A program made the translations under genes and the position numbers. From Mobula hypostoma (taxonomy: Eukaryota), in contig NC_086097.1 in assembly GCF_963921235.1 (NCBI RefSeq), forward strand, positions 56,050,001 to 56,114,000: DNA of 64,000 nucleotides, written 5' to 3'. The notes under the pieces were generated by a model, which was given only the letters and a program-made list of their open reading frames with translations, did no database searches and was not told the DNA's origin. This document shows, in pieces, positions 27,566-38,950 of the stretch (positions are counted from its first letter, which is position 1; each line of letters begins with the position of its first letter).

Positions 27566-28799
27566 CTTAGGAACAGTTTGCACTGGTAAGAATTAAGAAG
27601 CTAACTTGGCAATAATAAGCATTGTTTTCTGAGCAATTAACTTTCAGAAAATGCAAGGAGAAAAAGAATTACTGACATAGAATTTGTACAACTTTAAACA
27701 TTTTTTACAACAGCAATTATTCATGACTATATAAAACATGGTTCAACATTTTTAGATCAGAAACATGAGAATTTTAATTTTCCTACAAATCTCATTTAAT
27801 TTTACTTTTACTGACATCAGTTAATCTGTATTGATAAAGTGATTTAGAATTCCAAGGTGTAATGCAGTCACCACTATCACTGATGCTGTTTTGTCACAAT
27901 TAAGTGATAGTTTAGTGTAGTCAGTAGCTCAAAGGCTAGTATATGGAGTATTTATTGCAAACTGATTAACATAAGCATTTTATCTGTACATAGTGAATCA
28001 ATGTAATTTCGCTGGCTTACATTATTATAATAATTTGCCATGATCCCAGCATGACCCAAAATCTTTGTTTTCACATATCAGGGAATGATGTAATTTATTA
28101 CAATCTTGCTGCCCATTTTCTCATGAAAACTCTCTGATTCCTTAAAGATAGTGAGAGAAAATTAGCTAATGTTGTCAATGCAACTTAAGTAGAACTTAAA
28201 GCAATTTACCTTACAGTGCATATTGCACTTAAACTAAAAACATTTTGAAGGCCTGTAATATTAGTGTACACCAGTTCAGTCGCAGTTCAAATAATGGAAG
28301 GAAAGTAAATGTTGAAGTCCCAAGAGTTAGTGATGTCATCAAGCTTTTATGTGGGTTCATTCCCTTCATGACGTGTAAGCTCAGGGAAGGCATTTGCATT
28401 GTGATGACTGATTTCACCTTCACTGCATTGGCAGTTCAGTGAAATTGTGATGTCCTATTAATTCCATGAACAGGAGTACCTTACAAGGGCTCTCTAAATC
28501 CAGTTCCATGCAGTCCAATATTTACAATGCAGATGGAAAATCAGATGCCTGTTGAAATGCAGAAGACTGATAACCCCATTTTAGTTTGACATCAATGCTG
28601 CAGGTCAGATCTTGCATTATCAGCTTCAGCTTCTAGACCATTGGTGAAAGGGTCCTATGACTTATGCCTACATTTTAATTGGTGGATAATGTTTTCATGT
28701 AGCAGATCAACCATCACCTTTTTCTATCCTTGAAGTGCAACAAAATCTCTTCAGTGCAAGAAACTGTGTTGAAAGCATGATATTGAATGGCTTGCATTT

Positions 28800-28985
28800 A
28801 AGGTAGAGCGGTGAATTCAAGGGAGATGTGCAAGGCAAGTTTGCTCACACTGAGAGTGATGGGTATCTGGGATGCACTGCTTGGGGTGGCAGAGGAGGCA
28901 ACTGCGATAGAGGGATTCAAGAGGCTCTTAGATAGACACATGGATGTGCATGAGGTGGAAGCATATAGACATCGTGCAGGCAGAA
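28800..28985 (+). mobile_element. CR1 3' fragment (old)
   Basis: RVMGIWDAL..FKRLLDRHM. Confidence 0.75.
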
Positions 28986-29206
28986 ATAATTCGTTCATTT
29001 CATTAGCTTGCAACAACATTGCAGCTACCTTTTCCTCACCCGAGTGAGAGACCTGGAAGAACTGCTCTTCTGCTAAAGGGTACAAAGGTACTATTTACTG
29101 TTTGAAAGAGTAACAAACAGTGAGAAAGAAGGAGACAGAGATTGAGAGACAAAGGGTGCATGGAGGCGAGATGTGAAAACAGAACAGCCAAGGCTGAGCA
29201 AAATTT

Positions 29207-30925
29207 AAACAGAGGAGGTTCTGCAGATCCTGGAAATCCAGGGCAACACACAAAATGCTGGAGGAACTCAGCAGATCAGGCAGCATCTATGGAAATTAAG
29301 TTGGCATTTCAGCCTGAGACCCTTCATCAGGACTGGAAAGGAAGGGGAGAGATGCCAGGATTTAAGGGGTGGAGTAGGGGAAGAAGGACAAATTAAAAGG
29401 TGATCGGTAAACCCAGGTGGGTGGCGGGGAGGGGGTGGAAGAAGAACGTCTGGGTCGTGATAGGTGAAACTGGCAAAGGGCTGCAGAGGAAGGAATCTGA
29501 TAGAAGAGGAAAGGGAACCATGAGAGTAAGGGAAGGAGGAGGGGCACCAGGGGGAGGTGATAGGCAGGTGAGGAGAGAAGAGATAAGAGGACGGAGTGGT
29601 GAGTTGAAGAAGGAAGGGGAGGGAAAAAAATTACCAGAAGAAGAAATTAACACTCATGCCATCAGGTTGGAGATTAGACAGAATATGAGGTGTTTTGCTC
29701 CACCCTGAGAGTGGCTTCATCATGGCAGAAGAGGACCAACATGTCCAGAAGGGAATGGGTAAAGGAATTAGAATGGTTGGCTACTGGGAAATTGGGATCA
29801 TTGCAGATGAATCAGAGGTATTTGAGAGAGCGGTCCCCAATTTACGTTGGGTTCAGCAATGTAGAGGAGGCCACATCAAGAGCACTGGATACAGTAGTCA
29901 ATCCCAACAGGTTTGAAGGTGAAAAATTGCCTTACCTGGAAGGACTGTTTGAGGCCCTGAATGGAGGTGAGGAAGTAGGTGAATGGGCAGGTGTAGCATT
30001 TTTGCCACTTGCAGAGATACTTGCCAGGAAGGAGATTAGTGGGGAGGGATGAATGGACAAGGGGATCATGGAGGGAACAATCCCTGCAGAGAGTGGAGAC
30101 TGGAGAAGGGGAGGTAAAGATCTGTTTGGTGGCAGGATCCCATAGAAGATGGCAGAAGTTGTGGAGAACGATGTGTGGATATGGATGTTCACGGGGTCAT
30201 AGGTGAGGATAAGAGGAATTCTATTCCTGTTAAGGCGGGTGGGGGGGGGGCAAGTAGGGTGAGCATGGATGTCTGGGAAATGGAGGAGATGCAGGTGAGG
30301 ACAGCATTAATTGTGGAGGAAGGGAAACTCCATTTCATGGAAGAAGGAGGACATCTCTGACATCCTGGGAAGGAAACCTTCATCCTGAGAACAGATGTGG
30401 CAGAGATGATGGAACTGAGAAAAGGGAATAGCATTTTTAAAGGAGGCAGGCTGGAAAGAGGTATAGTCAAGATGGCTATGGTAACCAGTAGATTTATAAA
30501 AAGATATTGGTAGACAGATTGTTTCCAGAGATGGAGACAGGGAGATTGTGAAAAGTTAGAGGAGTCATATCAGAAATGGACCAAGTAAATTTAAGAGCAG
30601 GGTGGAAGATGGAGGCAAAATTAATGAAATTGATGAACTCAGCATGGATGCATGGATCAGCACCAAAGCAGTCATCAACGTAGCACAGAAAGAGTTGGGA
30701 AGCATTAACAGAGAAGGCTTGGAACATTGACTGTTCCACATAGCCACTGAGAAGACAAGCATAGCTGGGTCCCATGCAGATGCCCATGACTGCAACTTGA
30801 GATCGGAGAAACTGGGAGGAACCGAAGGAGAAATTGTTGACGGTGAGGACCAGTTCCGCCAGACAGAGGAGGGTGATGGTGGAGGGAAACTGGTCGGGAT
30901 TTTTGTCAAGAAAGAAATGGAGAGC
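29207..30925 (-). mobile_element. Penelope-like element, 5'-truncated (RT + GIY-YIG + pLTR), degenerate
   Basis: MGICMGPSYACL..LCYVDDCFG..FHPALKFTWS RT motifs; GIY-YIG relic ~29630-29960; decayed hammerhead at ~29299-29336. Confidence 0.9.
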
Positions 30926-31379
30926 TTTAACAAAGTGAGAAAAGTTTGGATGATCAGAATAGGAACTTCATTTTCTAGAGCTGAGAGAATGAATCCAAGC
31001 TGGAACACAGTCAGGAGTTCCAAAAATCTGCAGCATTTCCGGGGTTAACTATCTGGTCTAGCAAGAGATGCACGAGTAAATTTTCTGCTTGAGTCCTTAC
31101 TGTACACTTTATTCATTAGGAACACAAGGTCACACAAACTCTACAAGTCTTGATATTAGCAGATATGACAGGAAGAGCTTGGCTGGCATGACTTTGTGAT
31201 GTGCACACTCATGCAGGTGAGAATCCAGGCCTAGAGCATGACAATTGAACACTTCCCTATAAAGGACTATTCATGTTCTGAAATAGCAGAACTGAATTTA
31301 TTACAAGTTTCTCTACAGAAATGTCACTCATGCTGCTTCAAAGGGCTGATGATTGTCTAAAAGAGTGCCATGTTGAAAG

Positions 31380-32006
31380 AACTGCCAGACTGGGAGACTG
31401 TCTTGCCGAGCACCTACACTCCATCTGCCAGAGAAAGCAGAATCTCCCAGTGGCCACCCATTTTAATTCTACTTCCTGTTCCCATATGTCAGTCCACTGC
31501 CTCCTCTACTGCCGCGATGAGGCCACACTCAGGTTGGAAGAGCAACACCTTATATACTTTCTGAGTAGCCTCCAACCCGATGACATGAACATCGATTTCT
31601 TGAAGTTCCGATAATTGCCTCCCCCCCCACCCCACCCCTTTACCACTCCCCATTCTCATTGCCCTCTCTCACCTTATCTTCCCATCACCTCCATTTGGTG
31701 CTCCTTCCCCTTCTCTTTCTTCCTCTCCTTCTGTCCTCTCCTGTCACATTCCCTTTCTCCAGCCTTGTATTTCTTTCATCTATTGACTTCCCAGCTCTTT
31801 ACTTTACCTTCCCCTTCTCCCAATTTCACCTATCACCTACTAGCTTGTGCTTCTCTCCTCCCCCCAAACCCCCCAGCATTCTTTCACTGTCTTCTCATCT
31901 TTTTTCTCCAGTCCTGATGAAGGATCTTGGCCCAAAACTTAGATTGTTTACGCTTTTCCATAGATGCTACCTGGCCGGCTGAGTTCCTCCAGAATTTTGT
32001 GTGTTG
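31380..32006 (+). mobile_element. Penelope-like 3' fragment (GIY-YIG C-terminus + pLTR)
   Basis: RLGDCLAEHL..PVATHFNS..EATLRLEEQHLIY..LQPDDMNIDF; CAGTCCTGATGAAGG decayed hammerhead at ~31909-31945. Confidence 0.88.
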
Positions 32007-33021
32007 CCAGATTGGGATCTCCTCAAAAGAGGGCTGTTATTGGTGGAGCAACCTTTCTACAGGTCAGGAAAGCCTGCTGCTTTTAAGGAGATGACAGAAT
32101 AGCTGAGGACTGCAACATGAGTGAAATGTTTATCAAATACTATTCTAAGAATTTTTAAAAATTGATTTGTCAATAAAACATGAATATCATTGGTAAAACC
32201 AGATCTATAGTCAATTTGAATTGCCCCTGAAATATACAGAAGCTAATCGGTGGAGCTCAAAAAACTGCAGAAGCTGTAAATCTGAAATAAAAACAGAAAA
32301 CATTCAAAACATGCAATAGGTCAGGTAGCATTTGTAGAAAGAGAACCAGTTAACTTTTCAGATTTGAGGTCCTTTGTCAGAACTGAGATATAGTCCTTCC
32401 TATTTCTGGAGAAAGCCTTCCACCTGAGATTTTAATTCTGTGGCTCTGGAGTCACATGCAGGCCTCACACAGTAGATTTCCTTCGTTGAAGATATTTAAT
32501 TGCAAGTTTTTATTGCAATAATTTTATAATTACTATTGCTGATTCCAGATTGTTGTGTCAGAGCTATTCAAGTACTGAAATTCAATTTCCTATCTGTCTT
32601 TAATGGTATTTGAAATCTCACCCCCAGGCGAACAGCTCAAGCCACAAAATGCTAGACCAGTAACATGTCCATTATGTTTCACATGTGGTGTTCCTCTTTT
32701 AGCTGGAACAACAGTTTTAATTTTGACCTTGACAAAGGTCATTGGGTCTTTTTCACCCAAATAGTTGGCAACCAATTCTTATACCCAGAGTGCTTCCAAG
32801 AAATCTTTCCTAGGACATGCCTGCTTATCAGCTGTAAAACTGAGCAGGGGTTTTGACTCTTCACGGGGTTTAATAACCAAACCAAATGGCAAAATATAAA
32901 CCCATATCCTGAGTGTGGAAGAGTGACCTATGAGATCCAATGTAAGAAAGAAAACCAGGGAACTCAGATATAATTGTCACTGATGTAGTATTCTCAACGT
33001 ATAGAATGTTTCAATGTATGG

Positions 33022-34870
33022 ATACATAGAACATAGAATAGAATAGTACAGCACAGTACAGGCCCTTTGGTCCTCAATGTTGTGCCGACCCTCAAACCCT
33101 GCCTCCCACATAATGCCCCCACCTTAAATTCCTCCATATACCTGTCTAGTAGTCTCTTAAATTTCACTAGTGTATCTGACTCCACCGCTGACTCAGGCAG
33201 TGCATTCCACACACCAACCACTCTCTGAGTCAAAAACCTTCCTCTAATATCCCCCTTGAACTTCCCACCCCTTACCTTAAAGCCACGTCCTCTTGTATTG
33301 AGCAGTGATGCCCTGGGGAAGAGGCACTGGCTATCCACTCTATCTATTCCTCTTAATATCTTGTACACCTCTATCATGTCTCCTTTCATCCTCCTTCTCT
33401 CCAAAGACTAAAGCCCTAGCTCCCATAATCTCTGATCATAATGCATACTCTCTAAACCAGGCAGCATTCTGGTAAATCTCCTCTGTACCCTTTCCAATGC
33501 TTCCACATCCTTCCTATAGTGAGGCGATCAGAACTGGACACAGTACTCCAAGTGTGGCATAACCGGAGTTTTATAGAGCTGCATCATTACCTCGCAACTC
33601 TTAAACTCTATCCCTCGATTTATGAGAGCTAACACCCCATAGACTTTCTTAACTACCCTATCTACCTGTGAGGCAACTTTCAGGGAACTGTGGACACGTA
33701 CCCCAGATCCCTCTGCTCCTCCACACTACCAAGTATCCTGCCATTTACTTTGTACTCTGCCTTGGAGTTTGTCCTTCCAAAGTGTACCACCTCACACTTC
33801 TCAGGGTTGAACTCCATCTGCCATTTCTCAGCCCACTTCTGCATCCTATCAATGTCTCTCTGCGATCTTTGACAATCTTTACACTATCTACAACACCACC
33901 AACCTTTGTGTCGTCTGCAAACTTGCTAACCCACCCTTCTACCCCCACATCCAGGTCGTTAATAAAAATCACGAAAAGTAGAGGTCCCAGAACAGATCCT
34001 TGTGGGACACCACTAGTCACAATCCTCCAATCTGAATGTACTCTCTCCACCACCACCCTCTGCCTTCTGCAGGCAAGCCAATTCTGAATCCACCTGGCCA
34101 AACTTCCCTGGATCCCATGCCTTCTGACTTTCTGAATAAGCCTACCATGTGGAACCTTGTCAAATGCCTTACTAAATCCATATAGATCACATCCACTGCA
34201 CTACCCTCATCTATATGCCTGGTCACCTCCTCAAAGAACTCTATTAGGCTTGTAGACACGATCTGCCCTTCACAAAGCCATGCTGACTGTCCCTGATCAG
34301 ACCATGATTCTCTAAATGCCCACAGATCCTATCTCTAAGAATCTTTTCCAACAGCTTTCCCACCATAGACGTAAGGCTCACTGGTCTATAATTACCCGGA
34401 CTATCCCCACTACCTTTTTTGAACAAGGGGACAACGTTTGCCTCCCTCCAATCCTCCGATACCATTCCCGTAGACAACAAAGACATAAAGATCCTAGCCA
34501 AAGGCTCAGCAATCTCTTCCCTCGCCTCGTGGAGCAGCCTGGGGAATATTCCATCAGGCCCCGGGGACTTATCCATCCTAATTTATTTTAACAACTCCAA
34601 CACCTCCTCTCCCTTAATATCAACATGCTCCAGAATATCAACCTTACTCATATTGTCCTCACCATCATCAAGTTCCCTCTCATTGGTGAATACCGAAGAG
34701 AAGTATTCATTGTGGACCTCGCTCACTTCCACAGCCTCCAGGCACATCTTCCCACCCTTATCTCTAATTGGCCCTACCTTCACTCCTGTCATCCTTTTGT
34801 TCTCCACATAATTGAAGAATGCCTTGGGGTTTTCCTTTACCTTACTCGCCAAGGCCTTCTCATGCCCCCT
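33022..34870 (-). mobile_element. CR1 LINE family A, 5'-truncated, frameshifted
   Basis: Near-identical reverse complement of ~1760-3606; FADD intact here; (CATAGAA)n tail at left end. Confidence 0.95.
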
Positions 34871-35314
34871 CCTTGGGAAAGACAAAGAAATATTATCAGA
34901 GAACACATAACCTTCATAAAGGGAAAGTCAGGAAAGATGACAAAACTTTCGTGAAAAGTTGAGTTCAGAAACATCTGGAGTAAAAGCAGGCCACTAAATT
35001 AGATAACGACAGATCTGCACATTTAATCAATTTCCCTTTTTAGATCTATATTGTTTGACAAAGTTACCTCATGAAAATCTTAGTCCCAAAATTCTATCTG
35101 TCTAACAATCAGCCTCTAGTCAATCAACCGCAGATCTGCTACTTTTGAAATCAAACATGAAGATATGTGTAATTTCTCACATAATCATTCTGAAATAAAT
35201 CCTTAGTCAAATACTCCAGAATGACAATCCTATCTATTTGGTGAAACAGCACTGTAGTAGCAGTTAATCTTTGTCAATAGTTATATTAGTATTGTCTAAT
35301 TCATTGTTACATAC

Positions 35315-35905
35315 AGTAGCAGTAGGCAGCCGTCAATCCCAGGGGAACATGGGTTTGTGCTGCTGGTGGACTGTGTCCTCTCCAGGGCGCAAGCCTGGGC
35401 GGGAAGATTTGAAGAACCGACTGTTGCCCATTGCAGCATGTTCCCCCTCTCAACGTCACTGATGTAGTCCAAGGGAAGGGCAAGCACCGATACAGCTTGG
35501 CACCAGTGTCGTCACAGAGACTGCCAGAGTGAAGTTGTAAACAATATCAAACTGCCTTAGGGACCCCGGCTTGGATTCCTTCCTCGAGGTTTACTCCCGA
35601 AGCCTTTCCCATGGTGGGTATGGTCGCAAGGCAGCGGAGGGTTAAAATCAGAGTGTTCCTTTTACTAGGCGGGCTGCCGTCCAAGGCTGACAAGCCCCAC
35701 CTGTCCAAAGCAACTGGTTTTGAGGCGCCAGTGGTCCGCCTTTGCCCCTTCTCTTGTCAGTAAAAACAGTTCCTTCAGGCCGAGTAGCTAAGTCACATGT
35801 GAAGGCCAAGAACTGGACTTGGTTGTCACAGGCTGTTAGTGACACACTTTATAGGTAGTGGGAGCTTATCCCCACTACCACCCCGGCTCTGACAACCTTC
35901 GGAAG
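35315..35905 (-). mobile_element. RTE-derived short non-autonomous element with structured 5' head
   Basis: No coding homology; related to 22172-22737; shares GGAGTAAACC..AATCC..CCC(T/C)AAGG block with 61545-62101; short tandem tail. Confidence 0.75.
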
Positions 35906-36615
35906 CAACATCGAGTAAGATTTATACTATTCTATCAATGCTAGGCACCAAGCTGACCTCATTTTTTTCAGTTGAAATACTTCCATTGATATTGTCTCAC
36001 AATATTTTATATAATGGGATAAAGTCTTTATGTTATCTAACTACTAAAATATAAAGTGTGTAGGACTACCAAAAAGATGTAGTTCATATACAAAGCAATT
36101 TTTCTTCCAATCCACATGGTTAGAAGTTGGCAGGCGATGATCTTAAACTTATTGAGCAAAGAGTCTTGTTTAAAGCACAAAATACCAATCAATCATTGCT
36201 TAAAACAGATTATCACTGGATATGTTCATGTGAGCTTAACTAAGCAGAATAACCTAAGCTTTCAATGCAAATATATGTTTAAACTTTGACAGCTATCATG
36301 CTGTTCCCCTTGAATAAATAACTTGCTAAGCTCTCTGTTTCCTCTTGTGTCTGCAATGTGGAAGTTAGCGCAGATTATTGGGACATCTGTCTTCAGCTCC
36401 AGTGCAACCTTGTCTGAAACCTAGAGCCTCCCAAACTCAGCTCACTTGCTTTTTTCTTCTTCCAGCAACCTTTTAAAAGATGACAAAAAGATGTCCCTAA
36501 TCATTAGTTTTTGGTTTATCTCAATTTTACTCTGGTCTAGATTGATGGTTCTAAGATTCAGACCCAACACCACTGAAGGACTGGTGATATATTTCCAAGT
36601 CAGGATGGTGTGTAA

Positions 36616-37228
36616 TTTTTTTTAGATTATGAAGACACACAATCCTCTTTTATTGTCATTTAGTAATGCATGCTTTAAGAAATGATACATTATTTCCTCC
36701 GGTGTGATATCACAAAACACAGGACAGACCAAGACTGAAAAAACTGACAAAACCACGTAATTATAACATATAGTTACAAAGAGTGCAACAATACCATAAC
36801 TTGATGAAGAAGTTCATGAGCACAGTCAAAGTTCAAAGTTTCTCAAATGTCCCACATCTCATGCAGACGGGAAAAGGAAGAAACACTCTCCCTACCATGC
36901 TGACCACAATCCGACTCTGAGTCATCCGAAAACTTCGGGCTCTGGACAGCTCTACGACACCGAGTACTGAGCGTCATCTCTGTCCGAACGATTCGACCCC
37001 CTTCTCGGTCACGAAAAGCAGGCAAGGCCGGGGATTTTGAGGCCTACCTCCGAAAGATTCCCGACCACACAGTAACGACAGCAGCGAACGGGCATTTCAG
37101 AAATTTCTCCAGATGTTCCTCTGTGCTTGCACGTCCATTCTCCATCAAATCAGAGTTGTCCACGGCCCCTATTTAACAGATACGATATCATTTTTCACCG
37201 GAGGGCTGCAATATCATTTTTCACCGGA
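36616..37228 (-). mobile_element. Young non-autonomous retroelement, family unassigned
   Basis: T-run and TTTATT at left (3' end on minus strand), CpG-rich body, 18-bp duplication at right junction; appears to interrupt an older relic. Confidence 0.6.
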
Positions 37229-38554
37229 TGGGGTATCTAAAGCCATTGTTCCCATACGCTGCTGATTTCGTCTTCCTTGGAGGTTTGGGATGTGTTGTCA
37301 GAGTAGCTACGCAAATAAGCACAGAGCATTTTATAAATTGTGCCCATTGCGGCTCCTGTGCAGCAACCATGGAGGGAATAAACATCTGGGGTGAAGGATA
37401 GGGGGGCCAGTCATCCAGACTACTTAGTTTTAGAGGAGACATAAGATCTTTTGGGTTTAAACCCTACATTAGTGTCAATTCATTGGGAGTGGTTGAAACT
37501 GCACTTACCTGGGTGAGAGAAGAGTATCGTATCATAATTCTGACTGGTGCCTTGTGGATGCTGGAAAGTCTTTGGGATGTCCCAGAGTGCCTATGGTGCT
37601 TAATTCTGAAGGAGACTTATCTATGGACACTGGTCTCACAGATGAGATAGACAGATGACATGGTATCAAACACTTCTTTAGGTTTGTCACATCCCAGCAT
37701 TATGTAGATAAAAATTCTTCATCGTATAGATGAATAACACTTCAGAAAGACCTTTTGAAGCCTCAGATCAATTCCCTCTTATTAACTGAATGTCTATTCT
37801 CAAGTACATGAATATCTCTTTTAGGAGATTTTCATTGTCATTTCTCACCCCACAGATTCCAACTATAAGGATGTGGATTAAAACACAATTTGAGGAAAAT
37901 TCACTTGTTTACATTTTTAAAGCATTTTGGTGTGTCCACCACCTTAAAATATGCTATTTAATAGTATTAAATTTAGTATTTTTTCCATTGAGTACAACTG
38001 CAGTCAATATACTTCATTTCATTTATTGCTGCTTCATGAGAAGAGTGTATCCCGTTACTGCTGGGCTTTTGAAAATTATTCTGTAAAGATCTAGATCTCT
38101 TGTCAGTTTTCATTTCGTCCACAATGTCCTGTTTTGTCTTGCTCTGTGGCCTTGGTGAATGGCAGGTGACTGCCCTGAACTATTAAAAATACTGTCTTTT
38201 GCTGAACACAGTATCACCTATCGCTTTCATGTTCCTGTCAGCGAACTCAGCTTCACCTATGCAGCAAAGTTCTGTTCCTTCTTGCTCCCTCCACAGCTGG
38301 CTGTCTGCTTTCCTCACCATTTGTATCAGCAGGATGACCGAGCAGCTGACTGAAAAGGATAAAAGGTGTTACTGCAAACATGTCAGCATTGACTTGTTTT
38401 TTAACATTCCCGATTCCATATTCATTCCCCCTACTAAATAGACTTTTCTGCAAAAATGTAGCTGCCAAACTTTTGAAACTGATTGGTGGAGCAAGAAAAT
38501 AGTCAAACGTGGAAGAACATCCCCTTTTTAGCACTGGAAGACTGTCAAAATTAG

Positions 38555-38580
38555 CACACACACACACACACACACACACA
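38555..38580. repeat. (CA)13 microsatellite
   Basis: Read directly. Confidence 0.97.
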
Positions 38581-38610
38581 AAATTCTGATTAAAAAGGTA
38601 CATTTCTCCA

Positions 38611-38950
38611 TGAGGACCACAACCTTGTCGTGGTTTGGAGGCTTGCATGCCTCATTGACCCGGAGAGCCTTGCTGGCTGGAGTCAGAGCTTTATGCCTTG
38701 GCTCTTGGTAGGATCACCCATGTCAAACAGGTCAAAGGGTTGAAACCAGACTAAGAATGGTCCACCAGTCCTGCAGGTTTGGAGGTTCAGCTCAGAGCTA
38801 ACAATCCTGACAGGTCAAACAAAACTGTTATGGAACCAGCAGTGGAGAATCCTTCTACATCTGAGTGTAATGGTATGAAATGAGGACCTTGAATCTTCAT
38901 TGCTGCCCTGAACACCAACAAAGGCGTAATGGTCAGTAAATAAATAAGTA
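38611..38950 (+). mobile_element. RTE-type short element (5' UTR resembling Rex3/BovB/Sauria-SINE heads fused to RTE-like 3' tail)
   Basis: GGACCACAACCTTGTCGTGG..GGTAGGATCACCCATG..CAGGTCA..CCAGACTAAG; 3' TTGCTGCCCT..GGTCAGTAAATAAATAAGTA. Confidence 0.7.

Noticed and set aside
35315..35905. Twister ribozyme
   Set aside because: No UAA..GGUCCCAAGCCC-type core or matching pseudoknots found.
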